A stretch of DNA of 64,000 nucleotides. It comes from Burkholderiales bacterium. Its GTDB lineage: Bacteria > Pseudomonadota > Gammaproteobacteria > Burkholderiales > SG8-39. Below are positions 20,274-29,739 of the stretch, piece after piece; positions within the stretch are counted from its first letter, which is position 1; each line of letters opens with the position of its first letter. Where the stretch lies: the NCBI GenBank assembly GCA_038206915.1, contig JBBRAI010000009.1, positions 5,241-69,240 of the forward strand, written 5' to 3'. The notes beneath the pieces are model-generated. The model saw only the letters and a program-made list of their open reading frames with translations. It had not been told where the DNA came from and ran no database searches. A program made the position numbers and the translations under genes.

Positions 20274-22318
20274 ATGCCGAACTACACCACCGAAGCCATC
20301 CGCACCGCCGCACTGGTGGGCCATGGCGCGACCGGCAAGACCACGCTGGCCGAAGCGCTGCTGGCGCGCGCGGGCGCGATCAAAACGCCGGGCAGCGTCG
20401 AGCGCGGCAACACGGTCTGCGACTACGATCCGCTGGAAAAGACGCACGGCCACTCGCTCAATTCAGCGCTGGTCAATTTCGCCTGGCGCGACACCCACAT
20501 CCACCTGATCGATACCCCGGGCTATCCGGATTTCTCCGGCCAGGCGATCAGCGCGCTGGCCGCGGTCGAAACCGCCCTGATCGTCGTCAACGCGCAGACC
20601 GGAATCGAACTCGCAACGCGGCGCATGATGAAATGGGCGCAGGCGCGCAAGCTTTGCCGCATGATCGCAATCAACAAGATCGATGCGGAGAACGTTGATT
20701 TGCCGGCGCTGCTCGCCGACATCCAGGATATCTTCGGCAAGGAATGCCTGCCGATCAACCTGCCGGCACATGCGGGCAAGGACATCGTCGACTGCTTCTT
20801 CAATCCGGACGGCGACTCCGATTTCTCGTCGGTCAAGGCGGCGCATGCCGCGCTGGTCGACCAGGTGGTCGAGGTCGACGAGGCGCTGATGGCGCTGTAT
20901 CTCGAGCAGGGCGAAGTCAACCCCGAGCAGCTGCATGCGCCGTTCGAGAAGGCGCTGCGTGAAGGCCACCTGATACCGGTGTGTTTTGTCTCGGCGCGCA
21001 ATGGCGTGGGCGTGACCGAACTGCTCGACATACTGGCGATGCTCGCGCCCAATCCTGCCGAGGGCAACCCCCCGCCCTTCCTGCGCGGCGAAGGCGCGGA
21101 CGCAGCGGAATTCCGCGCCGATCCAGACCCGGCCAAGCATGTGCTCGCCCACGTGTTCAAGGTCATCATGGATCCCTATGTGGGCAAGCTCGGCATATTC
21201 CGCGTGCACCAGGGAACGGTGAAGCGCGACTCGCAGCTGTTCATCGGCGACAGCAGCCGGCCGTTCAAGGTTGCGCACCTGTACCTGCTGCAGGGCAAGG
21301 AATACGTGGAAACCGATGCGCTGCTTCCCGGCGATATCGGTGCGGTATCCAAGGTCGAGGAGATCGAATTCGATGCCGTACTGCACGACTCGCACGACGA
21401 GGATCACATCCACCTGCGCCCGCTGGAATTTCCCGCGCCCATGCACGGCCTCGCCGTGGAGACCAAGAAAAAGGGCGACGAGCAGCGCCTGTTCGAAGTG
21501 CTGCACAAACTGGAGCTGGAGGATCCGTGTTTTCGCATGGAACGCCATCCCGCGACCAACGAAACGGTGATCCGCGCATTAGGCGAGCTGCATCTGCGCA
21601 CCAAGCTGGAAAAACTGACCCAGCAATACAAGCTCGAACTGGACACCAGGCCGCCGCGCATTGCCTATCGCGAAACCATCAGCCGCAAGGCCGACGGGCA
21701 TTGCCGCCACAAGAAGCAGACCGGAGGCGCCGGCCAGTTCGGCGAGGTCTATCTGCGCATAGAACCGCTGCCGCGCGGCGGCGGCTATGAGTTCGTCGAC
21801 CAGGTGAAAGGCGGCGTCATACCGACCGTATTCATTCCGGCGGTGGAAAAGGCGTGCGCATGGCGCTCGATGCGGGCGTGATTGCGGGCTACCCGGTCGA
21901 GGACCTGCGCGTCACCGTGTACGACGGCAAAAGCCACGCAGTGGACTCCAAGGAGATCGCCTTCGTCTCAGCCGGGCGCAAGGCCGTGATCGACGCGTTC
22001 GCCAAGGCCGCGCCGATCATGCTCGAGCCGATCGTCAACATCGAAATCGACGCGCCTCAGGCATACGTCGGCGACATGACATCCGAAATCGCCTCCAAGC
22101 GCGGCCAGATCACCGGCACGCAGCAGCGCGCCACCGATGTCATCAGCACCAGCGGCCAGGTGCCGCTGGCGGAACTCACCGATTTCCAGAACCGCCTGCG
22201 CTCGATCACCGGGGGACAGGGTTCCTACTCGGTCGAATTCAGCCACTACGCGCAGGTGCCGGCGCAGATGCAGCAGCAATTGACGTCCCAGCACAAGGCG
22301 GCGCGCGAAGACGATTAG
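20274..22318 (+). pseudogene. EF-G-like translational GTPase with an interrupted reading frame (-1 change at about 21849-21852)
   Basis: ORF 20274-21881 carries G1 GHGATGKTT, G3 DTPGYPDF, G4 NKID and domains II-IV up to ...GGVIPTVFIPAVEK. ORF 21854-22318 in the -1 frame continues exactly with GVRMALDAGVIAGYPVEDLRVTVYDGKSHAVDSKEIAF..., the conserved EF-G domain IV/V sequence. The junction is G-GAA-AAG-GCG. It may be a real frameshift, programmed slippage or a sequencing error. Confidence 0.85.
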
Positions 22319-24108
22319 GCGTTCCGGCCGCGGCCAAACAGATTGCGGAAGCGCAGCGCCTCGGCGTAGGGGAAAACGTCCTGCATCTGCCCCGCGGCGA
22401 TGCGCTGCTGCATCGCCTGCCAGGACTCGGCCTCGAGCAGATCCGCGTGGTGCCGCATGAAACACGCGCGCACGCGTGCGTCGGTAAGCAGAAACGTCGC
22501 GAATTCCTCGGGAAACACGTCGGTCGGGCCGACCGCATACCAGGGCTCGGAAGCCATTTCCTGCTCGTCGGTCTGCGCCTGCGGAATCCTGCGGAAATGG
22601 ATATTGGTGAGGTAATCGATTTCGTCGTAGTCGTAGAACACCACGCGCCCGTAGCGTGTCACCCCGAAGTTCTTGAACAGCAGGTCGCCGGCGAAGATGT
22701 TGGCGGCGGAGAGCTGCCTGATCGCCAGGCCGTAGTCCTCGATCGAACGCTCGCGCTGCTCGTCGTCCGCCTTGTCGAGGTAGATGTTGAGCGGCACCAG
22801 GCGCCGCTCGATGTACATGTGCTTGATCACGATGGTGTCGCCCTCCTCCACGATCAGGGAGGGCGCAAGCGTGCGCAGTTCTTCCAGCAGTTTCGGTGCA
22901 AAACGATTGCGCGGAAACGCGACATCGGAATATTCCAGCGTATCGGCCATGCGACCGACGCGGTCGTGGTGCTTTACCAGCCAGTACTTTTCCTTTACCT
23001 GCTGGCGGCTTACTTCCTTGGGCGGCGCAATTACGTCCTTGATCACCTTGAACACGTAGGGATATGAAGGCAGGGTGAACACCGACATCACCAGACCGCG
23101 GATGCCCGGGGCGACGATGAAATCGTCGCTGGAATGGCGCAGATGGTGCAGGAAATCGCGGTAGAAAAGGTTTTTGCCGTGCTTCTGCAGTCCGACCAGC
23201 GTATAGATCTCCCATTGCGGCTTGTACGGCAGCAGTCCGCGCAGGAACTGCACGTAGGCCGAAGGCACCTCCATGTCGACCAGAAAATAGGCGCGGTTGG
23301 TGCTGAAGAATATGTCGAGCTGCCGGCGCTCCAGCAGCACCGTGTCCAGGTACAGCTTGCCCGCTTCGTCGTGCAGCACCGGGATCACGAACGGATATTC
23401 GAAGTTGCCGTTGATCAGCTTGCCGACGATATAAGCGCCCTTGTTGCGGTAGAACAGCGAGGACAATATCTGTATCTGGTGGTTGTACTCCAAGCGCAGC
23501 GGCCGCGGCAGGGTACGCCGCCACATGCGCAGCACGCAGCGCAGGTCGCGCCGGACGTCGGCAAACGGCCGCTCGAGGCCGATGTCGCGCAGCACGCGCG
23601 CCAGCGTCGGGCGCAGGCCGTATTTCTGCGGGTAGTAGGAGCGGTACGATGGCGGGTCGGCTTCGATATGTTCGGTCGCCACCGCCGGCCGCACGAAAAT
23701 GAAACTGTTGTTGAAATAGGTGCGCTGCAGGATCCTGCAGCTCACCGAATTGAAAAAAGTTTCCGCACACTCCGGCTGCTTGTGATAAGTCAACAGGCCG
23801 ATGTAGCGCAGCTTGATCTTCTGCCAGGCTTCGTCGCCGCGCGAATCCGGGCGGAATCCGCGTTCGATGTGCTCGACCGCCTCCTTCACGCGCTTGTCGT
23901 AGAAATCGATGCGCGCGTGCGCGGCCTGCTGCACCGCTGCCCAGTTGCCGGTCTCGAAGTGGCGCTTCGCCGCCTTGCAGGCTTCGCGGAATATGCGGTA
24001 GTGCTTGTTGAAGCCCTGCAGCATCACCTGCGCGACGTTCAAGGTAAGGTCGTCCTGCTCGGACGCCGGGGGAAACGGCTGCAGGGGCTGATGCATGTCT
24101 TGCCGCAA
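22315..24108 (-). CDS. aceK: Isocitrate dehydrogenase kinase/phosphatase
   Basis: 597 aa with full-length similarity to AceK (LQGFNKHYRIFREA..., FYRNKGAYIVGKLING, GLVMSVFTLPSYPYVFKVIKD, FKNFGVTRYGRVVFYDYDEI). Confidence 0.9.
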   Translation of the reverse strand: MRQDMHQPLQPFPPASEQDDLTLNVAQVMLQGFNKHYRIFREACKAAKRHFETGNWAAVQQAAHARIDFYDKRVKEAVEHIERGFRPDSRGDEAWQKIKLRYIGLLTYHKQPECAETFFNSVSCRILQRTYFNNSFIFVRPAVATEHIEADPPSYRSYYPQKYGLRPTLARVLRDIGLERPFADVRRDLRCVLRMWRRTLPRPLRLEYNHQIQILSSLFYRNKGAYIVGKLINGNFEYPFVIPVLHDEAGKLYLDTVLLERRQLDIFFSTNRAYFLVDMEVPSAYVQFLRGLLPYKPQWEIYTLVGLQKHGKNLFYRDFLHHLRHSSDDFIVAPGIRGLVMSVFTLPSYPYVFKVIKDVIAPPKEVSRQQVKEKYWLVKHHDRVGRMADTLEYSDVAFPRNRFAPKLLEELRTLAPSLIVEEGDTIVIKHMYIERRLVPLNIYLDKADDEQRERSIEDYGLAIRQLSAANIFAGDLLFKNFGVTRYGRVVFYDYDEIDYLTNIHFRRIPQAQTDEQEMASEPWYAVGPTDVFPEEFATFLLTDARVRACFMRHHADLLEAESWQAMQQRIAAGQMQDVFPYAEALRFRNLFGRGRNA

Positions 24109-24122
24109 GTGACTGAGCGCAC

Positions 24123-24827
24123 TCAGGCGACGCGCACGCCGTCTTCGAATTTTTCGCCCGGATCGGACTCCGCGAATGCGCTCATCGGGTAGAACGCGCG
24201 AAAATCCGCGTCCACCTTTTCATAAGGGAAATCCGACCACGCTCCGTGATCCTTGACGTACTCCATGTGACGACGCTGCTGCGCGTCGTACGGCTGGAAG
24301 ATCGCGTCGGCGCGGCCGTCGAACTCGGTGGGCAGCACGCCGAAGCGCGTGCACAACTCGATGTTGAACGCAGGCGCCGCCTTCACCCACTTGCCTTCGA
24401 GGTACATTACCGCGTAGCCGTGGTGCATGAAATAGGTGGTGCCCCCCATCAGCGCCTTGAGCTTTTCCGTGGTCAGGTGATTGACCACGTCGGACAGGCC
24501 GATGGCGCAGGGTATGCCCAGCGCGCGCGCCGCGGCGGCGAGCAGTATGGCCTTGGGAATGCAATACGCCGACTTCGCTGCGAGCACGTGGCTGGCGACG
24601 TAGATGGCCGGGTCCAGGCGCATCGAGAACGGATCGTAGCGGATGCCGTCGCGCACGGCATAGAACAGCCTGACCGCGCGGCCGATGTCGCTCGATTCCG
24701 CGCCGGCCGCCTGCTCGGCAAAGCGGCGCACCGCGGCAGTGTCGAAATCGAGGAAGCGCGTGCTCTGCAGGTACTCCGAGCCGGGTTCCGGCTTGCTGCC
24801 TGATGGTGTATGGATCATAGGCACCAT
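24123..24827 (-). CDS. Transglutaminase-like (cysteine peptidase fold) family protein
   Basis: 234 aa: RLFYAVRDGIRYDPFS, then a candidate catalytic Cys in KSAYCIPKAILLAAAARALGIP and a downstream HHGY. Family assignment by motif resemblance only. Confidence 0.6.
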   Translation of the reverse strand: MVPMIHTPSGSKPEPGSEYLQSTRFLDFDTAAVRRFAEQAAGAESSDIGRAVRLFYAVRDGIRYDPFSMRLDPAIYVASHVLAAKSAYCIPKAILLAAAARALGIPCAIGLSDVVNHLTTEKLKALMGGTTYFMHHGYAVMYLEGKWVKAAPAFNIELCTRFGVLPTEFDGRADAIFQPYDAQQRRHMEYVKDHGAWSDFPYEKVDADFRAFYPMSAFAESDPGEKFEDGVRVA

Positions 24828-24844
24828 TGTAGCAAGATGCAGGC

Positions 24845-26236
24845 TTACTTTTCCCCTGTCATGTCCTCCGGCCGCACCCAGGAATCGAACTGCTCTGCCG
24901 TGACGTAGCCCAGCGCCAGCGCAGCCTGCCTCAGGCTGACGCCCTCGCGATGCGCCTTCTTCGCGATCTCGGCCGCCTTGTCGTAGCCGATGTGCGGGTT
25001 CAACGCGGTCACCAGCATCAGCGAATTGGCAAGCAACGCGGCGATGCGCTCGCGCCGCGGCTCGATGCCGACCGCACAGTGTTGTTCGAAGCTTGCGGCG
25101 CCGTCGGCGAGCAGGCGTGCGCTCTGCAGGAAATTGTGGATGATGAGCGGCTTGTACACGTTGAGCTCAAAATTGCCCGACGCGCCGCCGATGTTGATGG
25201 CGACGTCGTTGCCCATGACCTGGGCGCAGAGCATGGTGAGCGCTTCCGCCTGCGTCGGATTGACCTTGCCCGGCATGATGGAGCTGCCCGGCTCATTCTC
25301 CGGAATCGAGAGTTCGCCGATGCCGCAGCGCGGGCCCGAGGCGAGCCAGCGCACGTCGTTGGCAATTTTATTGAGCGAAGCGGCGAGCGTCTTGAACGCG
25401 CCGTGCGCATGCACCAACGCGTCGTGCGCGGCCAGCGCCTCGAACTTGTTGCGCGCCGTAACGAAAGGCAGCCCGGAGCGCCGCGCCAGTTCCTTCGCCA
25501 CGCGCCGGCCGAACTCCGGAGGCGCGTTGAGGCCGGTACCGACCGCGGTACCTCCCAGCGCGAGCTCGCACAAGTGCGTCTGCGACGCCTGCAGGTGCGC
25601 GATGCCGTGCTCCAGCTGCGCGACATAGCCGGAGAACTCCTGCCCCAGGGTGAGCGGGGTAGCGTCCTGCAGATGGGTACGCCCGATCTTGACGATGCCG
25701 GCAAAGGCGGCGGACTTCGCCGCCAGCGTGTCGCGCAGGCGGCGCAGCGCCGGTACCAGCGCGCCGCTCACCGCCTGCACCGCGGCAACGTTCATCGCTG
25801 TGGGGAAGACGTCGTTCGAGGACTGCCCGCGGTTGACGTCGTCGTTGGGATGCACCAGGCGCTTCTCGCCGCGTTCTCCGCCCATCAGTTCGGAGGCGCG
25901 GTTGGCGAGCACCTCGTTCATGTTCATGTTGGTCTGCGTACCCGAACCCGTCTGCCACACTACCAGCGGAAATTCGTCGTCCCACTGGCCCGCGAGCACC
26001 TCGTCCGCAGCGGCGACAATGGCCTCGGCCTTGGCCGCGACGAGCGTGCCCAGTTCCGCGTTCACCGTGGCGCAGGCGCGCTTCACCAGCGCCAGCGCGA
26101 GGAGCAGTTCGCGCGGCATGCGCTCGCCGGAGATGCGGAAATGTGCCAGCGAGCGCTGCGTCTGCGCGCCCCACAGGCGTTCGGCCGGGACTTCAATCGT
26201 CCCGAAGCTGTCGCGTTCGATACGGTGTGCGGTCAT
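24845..26236 (-). CDS. fumC: Class II fumarate hydratase
   Basis: 463 aa: [42 protein letters not shown] signature. Confidence 0.95.
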   Translation of the reverse strand: MTAHRIERDSFGTIEVPAERLWGAQTQRSLAHFRISGERMPRELLLALALVKRACATVNAELGTLVAAKAEAIVAAADEVLAGQWDDEFPLVVWQTGSGTQTNMNMNEVLANRASELMGGERGEKRLVHPNDDVNRGQSSNDVFPTAMNVAAVQAVSGALVPALRRLRDTLAAKSAAFAGIVKIGRTHLQDATPLTLGQEFSGYVAQLEHGIAHLQASQTHLCELALGGTAVGTGLNAPPEFGRRVAKELARRSGLPFVTARNKFEALAAHDALVHAHGAFKTLAASLNKIANDVRWLASGPRCGIGELSIPENEPGSSIMPGKVNPTQAEALTMLCAQVMGNDVAINIGGASGNFELNVYKPLIIHNFLQSARLLADGAASFEQHCAVGIEPRRERIAALLANSLMLVTALNPHIGYDKAAEIAKKAHREGVSLRQAALALGYVTAEQFDSWVRPEDMTGEK

Positions 26237-26330
26237 GATTTACTCCTCGCAGGATTGGGCCTGACCCTGCGTTGCTGGCTTGGACAGGGCGGACTCGGCG
26301 CCGTGGCGCTGGACAAGTGATCGTTGGTCA

Positions 26331-26348
26331 TGTACAGTAACGCGTACA
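26331..26348 (+). promoter_or_regulatory. Candidate YefM-YoeB operator: two GTAC cores 12 bp apart (TGTACAgtaacgcGTACA)
   Basis: TGTACA at 26331-26336 and cGTACA at 26343-26348, 17-34 nt upstream of the yefM ATG and just before AGGAG. The E. coli yefM-yoeB operator is described as two TGTACA-core palindromes 12 bp centre to centre. Confidence 0.45.
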
Positions 26349-26364
26349 TATCAGGAGCCCGGCT

Positions 26365-26616
26365 ATGGATGCGATTACGTACACCACCGTTCGTGCAAAT
26401 CTCGCCAGCGCGATGGACCGCGTTTGCGACGACCACGAAGCTTTGATCATCACGCGAAACGGAGAACAGTCCGTCGTGATGCTCTCGCTCGAAGACTACA
26501 AGGCACTGGAGGAAACCGCCTACCTCTTGCGCACACCCGCCAACGCCAGGCGCCTTCTTTCGGCCGCGGCACAACTGAACGCCGGAAAAGGCGTGGAGCG
26601 GAAGCTGAGCAAGTGA
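26365..26616 (+). CDS. yefM: Type II antitoxin, Phd/YefM family
   Basis: 83 aa: MDAITYTTVRANLASAMDRVCDDHEALIITRNGEQSVVMLSLEDYKALEETAYLLRTPANARRL. Confidence 0.9.
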   Translation: MDAITYTTVRANLASAMDRVCDDHEALIITRNGEQSVVMLSLEDYKALEETAYLLRTPANARRLLSAAAQLNAGKGVERKLSK

Positions 26617-26867
26617 AGTTGATCTTCGCTGACGAGGCATGGGAAGACTACCTGCATTGGCAGAAACAAGACAAGCGAATGGTCGAGCGAATCAACAAGC
26701 TGATACGTGAGACACAGCGTGAGCCCTTCTCAGGGGTAGGCAAGCCCGAACCGTTGAAGCATGCGCTTTCAGGGTTCTGGTCGCGCCGAATAACAGATGA
26801 GCATCGCATGGTGTATCGCGTCGAGAATGATGCACTGATGGTCGCGCAACTTCGCTTCCATTATTGA
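26613..26867 (+). CDS. yoeB: Type II toxin YoeB (ribosome-dependent mRNA interferase)
   Basis: The GTG start overlaps the yefM stop (AGTGA). VKLIFADEAWEDYLHWQKQDKRMVERINKLIRETQREPFSGVGKPEPLKHALSGFWSRRITDEHRMVYRVENDALMVAQLRFHY. Confidence 0.9.
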   Translation: MKLIFADEAWEDYLHWQKQDKRMVERINKLIRETQREPFSGVGKPEPLKHALSGFWSRRITDEHRMVYRVENDALMVAQLRFHY

Positions 26868-26950
26868 GACGCCCAACGTAGAGCCAACCGGCGCGCGCGG
26901 TACTGAGCAAATGACGCGACGCTTGCCGCGCGTCCGGGTTGGGCGCTAGG

Positions 26951-27154
26951 TTAAGTTGCCGTTCGCTTGGCCGAAACGAACTCGCGAAGTGCGCGGTTGA
27001 CGGCTTCAGAATCTGGAAAAAGCTTGTGCAGGTCCGGGTCAATCAGAACCACGTTCGTGCCCTCGCGGTAGCTCTTGGTGTACTTTCCGCGGACACCTGA
27101 TTTGATCAAATCCTCCGGATACTCGTCTCTGAGGGAATCTTTATCACTGTTCAT
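26951..27154 (-). CDS. brnA: Putative antitoxin partner of BrnT (BrnA-like)
   Basis: 67 aa. It overlaps the brnT 3' end by 11 nt. The motif RGKYTKSYREGTNVVLIDPDLHKLFPDSEAVNRALREF is typical of small partners found downstream of DUF497 toxins. Confidence 0.6.
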   Translation of the reverse strand: MNSDKDSLRDEYPEDLIKSGVRGKYTKSYREGTNVVLIDPDLHKLFPDSEAVNRALREFVSAKRTAT

Positions 27155-27413
27155 ATGCTTTGCGCTCTCGCGTGGTCATTTGTCGCGCCGAAATCAATCG
27201 AACTCGATCGCCATGCTCAGTATAGGACACAACCAGGTATTTGGCATTCTTCGACAACCCAAAGAGCAGATACCGATTTTCATCCACGGAATGATCCGGA
27301 TCGCCAACGGCCGAGGAATGGTCATCGTCAAAGACTTCACATGCTTCGACGAATGTGACCCCATGCTTTTGCTCGTTCGCGCGAGCCTTTACTGGATCCC
27401 ATTCAAAGTCCAT
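27144..27413 (-). CDS. brnT: BrnT-family (DUF497) ribonuclease toxin
   Basis: 89 aa: MDFEWDPVKARANEQKHGVTFVEACEVFDD...RYLLFGLSKNAKYLVVSYTEHGDRVRLISARQMTTRERKAY. Confidence 0.85.
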   Translation of the reverse strand: MDFEWDPVKARANEQKHGVTFVEACEVFDDDHSSAVGDPDHSVDENRYLLFGLSKNAKYLVVSYTEHGDRVRLISARQMTTRERKAYEQ

Positions 27414-27454
27414 GATATCGCTTCTTCAGGCAACTTAACGCTCAGCTTCACGCG

Positions 27455-27478
27455 CGCTCGCCAGCGCGCTGGCGAGCG
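27455..27478. promoter_or_regulatory. Perfect 24-bp palindrome CGCTCGCCAGCG|CGCTGGCGAGCG between the CPBP gene and brnT
   Basis: Read directly from the sequence. It lies 40 nt downstream of the CPBP stop and 42-65 nt upstream of the brnT start, so it could be a terminator hairpin and/or the brnTA operator. Confidence 0.4.
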
Positions 27479-27517
27479 TCGCTGTGCAAGCTGTTGTTAG
27501 AGCACAATCGTTATGGC

Positions 27518-28201
27518 TCATGCAAAGGCAATCGCATCAATGAGGATATGTGCACCAATTAAAGGCCAAAGATCGCGAAGGCGCAAGTAAAGGATAGCGG
27601 CCAGCAGGCCGAAAGCAAACGTAGCGGCGACTTCGTGAGGACCGTTGCGAAAGTGAATCAGCCCAAAAACAAATGCAGTGCCAAGGATGTAGGACTTCCG
27701 AGGCAGGGCTTTGCCAAACTTCCGTTCCAAGTAAAGCAGTGGCAGGCCTCGAAAGAAGACTTCTTCGACAAACCCTGCCGTCACCGCCAAATAGAAAGTT
27801 GATGGAATATGTGCCAATCCTGTGAGATTAATCTCCTTGTAGAACGCCCCGGCTGCATCTGGTCGCAAAGCCAGCCACGCTATGTAGAACATGACGTAAT
27901 AGATCAAATCGAGGATGAGCGTCAAGAAGATTGTGAGGCCAATGAACTGTCCCCATGTTTCGTGTTCCGCAATCCCCCGGATTCCATAGTCGCGGGCGCG
28001 AACGTCATAGCCCCGGGCAAGAATAGCTAACGCGGTTGCGGGCAGGACCACGTGCTTCAAGGCGTCAAGGCCCCAATAGAGAACTACGGAATGTGCGTAT
28101 AGGTCGCGTCGAAAAAAGCTAATAGCGGAAAACGAGACTAGGACGACGAGAAAGGCGGCAGCTATTGCATCAGGCTGCTTGGTCGTTCCCGGGTGCTCCA
28201 T
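27518..28201 (-). CDS. CPBP-family intramembrane glutamic endopeptidase (CAAX protease/Abi type)
   Basis: All three CPBP motifs are present: EEVFFRG, FGLIHF and HILID. Multiple TM segments. Start set at ATG 28201; a GTG at 28228 is also possible. Confidence 0.8.
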   Translation of the reverse strand: MEHPGTTKQPDAIAAAFLVVLVSFSAISFFRRDLYAHSVVLYWGLDALKHVVLPATALAILARGYDVRARDYGIRGIAEHETWGQFIGLTIFLTLILDLIYYVMFYIAWLALRPDAAGAFYKEINLTGLAHIPSTFYLAVTAGFVEEVFFRGLPLLYLERKFGKALPRKSYILGTAFVFGLIHFRNGPHEVAATFAFGLLAAILYLRLRDLWPLIGAHILIDAIAFA

Positions 28202-28431
28202 ATTGTGCTCTAACCTGATATAGACCACCGAATAACGCGGTCTGGAACCCCAATTCTGCGCCGCCTCCTATCATCCTTCAAGCCGATCAATTCCCTATGT
28301 CGACCTGGCACACTAAGTGCCCCGGAAAATACCCGATTCGGGCGCAAGCCCCACGCCAACCGCCATTGACCCAGGAAACGACCGTCGCGAAGCAAGTCCT
28401 CTGACAAACAGCACTTCGCGCGTAATCCGAT

Positions 28432-28890
28432 CTACGCCGGTTTAACAATCGGATCCACCCGCAGCCAGATGGTCACCGGCCCGTCGTTGGTGAGGCTTAC
28501 CTGCATGTGCGCACCGAAACGCCCGGTTTCGACCGCGGGATGCGCGGCGCGCGCCCGTGCCGCCAGGTAATCGAACAGGCGCTCGCCGTCGGCCGGTGCC
28601 GCGGCCGGAGTGAAGCTTGGCCGCATGCCCTTGTGCGTGTCCGCCGCAAGCGTGAACTGCGGCACCAGCAGGAGCGCGCCGCGAACGTCGCGCAGGCTCA
28701 GGTTCATTCTGCCTTCCGCGTCCGCGAACACGCGATAGCCGAGCAGGCGCTCGAGCAGACGGTCGGCCTCGGCATCAGTATCGCCGCGCTCGGCGCAGAG
28801 GAGCACCATCAAGCCGGGACCGATCGCGCCCACGCTCGCCCCGTCGACTTCGACCTTGGCCTGGGACACGCGCTGCAGCAGCCCAATCAT
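28432..28890 (-). CDS. dtd: D-aminoacyl-tRNA deacylase
   Basis: 152 aa: [17 protein letters not shown]..., SQFTL-type motif ([10 protein letters not shown]), C-terminal NDGPVT. Confidence 0.95.
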   Translation of the reverse strand: MIGLLQRVSQAKVEVDGASVGAIGPGLMVLLCAERGDTDAEADRLLERLLGYRVFADAEGRMNLSLRDVRGALLLVPQFTLAADTHKGMRPSFTPAAAPADGERLFDYLAARARAAHPAVETGRFGAHMQVSLTNDGPVTIWLRVDPIVKPA

Positions 28891-28897
28891 CGGACCC

Positions 28898-29719
28898 TCA
28901 GTCGGTATAGGAGATGGTCAGGTTCTGCGCCGGTAGGCCGCTGATCTCGGTCGACCAGGTCTCCCCCGGCTTCACCGGCAGGGCATCGGTGATAGTGCCG
29001 GTGCTGACGATTTCGCCCGCCGCGATCGGCTCCATGAAAGGCTGTTGCGCCACCACGTCGGCGAGAAAGCCGAGCGCGTGCGCCGGGCTGCCGAGCACGT
29101 TGGATCCGACGCCCTCTATCTGCTTCACGCCGCCCAGGTAGAGGGCTGCCCGGACCTCGGTCAGCCGGCGCGCGAGCGCAGGAATGTCCCCGGCGCGGAT
29201 CGCCTGCGGCTCGCCCACGATCAGGCGCGCATGGCACGCCCAGTCGGCGGCCGCGTCGGCCAGCTTGAATTTCCAGTCGAAGTGGCTGTGCACGATCTCG
29301 ACGCTGTGGGCATACCATTCGACCGCGGCGAGCAGCTGCTCCGCGTCCTCGCAGCCCACGGGTACGGGCGCGCGCAGCTTGAACAGGATCTCCGGCTCCA
29401 TGCGCGGTGACACCGTGCCGGCGAGCGAAACGGACGCCTTGCCGTCGCGGGCATAGCTCACGCTGTCGTCGTACACATGTGCCCACATGGGTGCGCCGAC
29501 GCCGTACAGCGCCCAGATCGAGCGGTTGGTGAAGCCGGTCTTGCGCCCCACCGAGCGCACCCCGCGCTCGCGCCGCACGCGCATCAGTTCGGCCGCCACC
29601 AGATAGCCGGCGTCCAGGTCGAAGTCCGGCTCGCGCGCGGCGATCGAAGCGATCAGCTTCGCCTGGTCGTGCGCATCCAGCAGTTCCCGTGCGACGGCAA
29701 GTATCTGCTGCGGCGACAA
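28898..29719 (-). CDS. FAH-superfamily hydratase/decarboxylase (2-keto-4-pentenoate hydratase MhpD/HpcG-like)
   Basis: [42 protein letters not shown]. The 340-aa ORF was trimmed to TTG 29719 (GGAG 6 nt upstream, 273 aa), because the longer form would overlap the upstream GlcG-like gene. Confidence 0.75.
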   Translation of the reverse strand: MSPQQILAVARELLDAHDQAKLIASIAAREPDFDLDAGYLVAAELMRVRRERGVRSVGRKTGFTNRSIWALYGVGAPMWAHVYDDSVSYARDGKASVSLAGTVSPRMEPEILFKLRAPVPVGCEDAEQLLAAVEWYAHSVEIVHSHFDWKFKLADAAADWACHARLIVGEPQAIRAGDIPALARRLTEVRAALYLGGVKQIEGVGSNVLGSPAHALGFLADVVAQQPFMEPIAAGEIVSTGTITDALPVKPGETWSTEISGLPAQNLTISYTD

Positions 29720-29739
29720 GGCCTGCTCCGTACCCGCAG

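Noticed and set aside
18647-20275. 542-aa reverse ORF
   Set aside because: It lies antisense to the EamA transporter and the histidine phosphatase gene, both of which have clear family motifs.
21968-23770. 600-aa reverse ORF in another frame over aceK
   Set aside because: The same strand already carries the full-length AceK homologue in a different frame (22315-24108). This frame is Arg/Pro/Ala-rich with no motifs.
28210-28407. 65-aa reverse ORF upstream of the CPBP gene (possible bacteriocin or leader peptide)
   Set aside because: It has a TTG start without an RBS, a very Arg-rich sequence and no signal or leader motif. It overlaps the alternative CPBP start. I cannot support it as coding.
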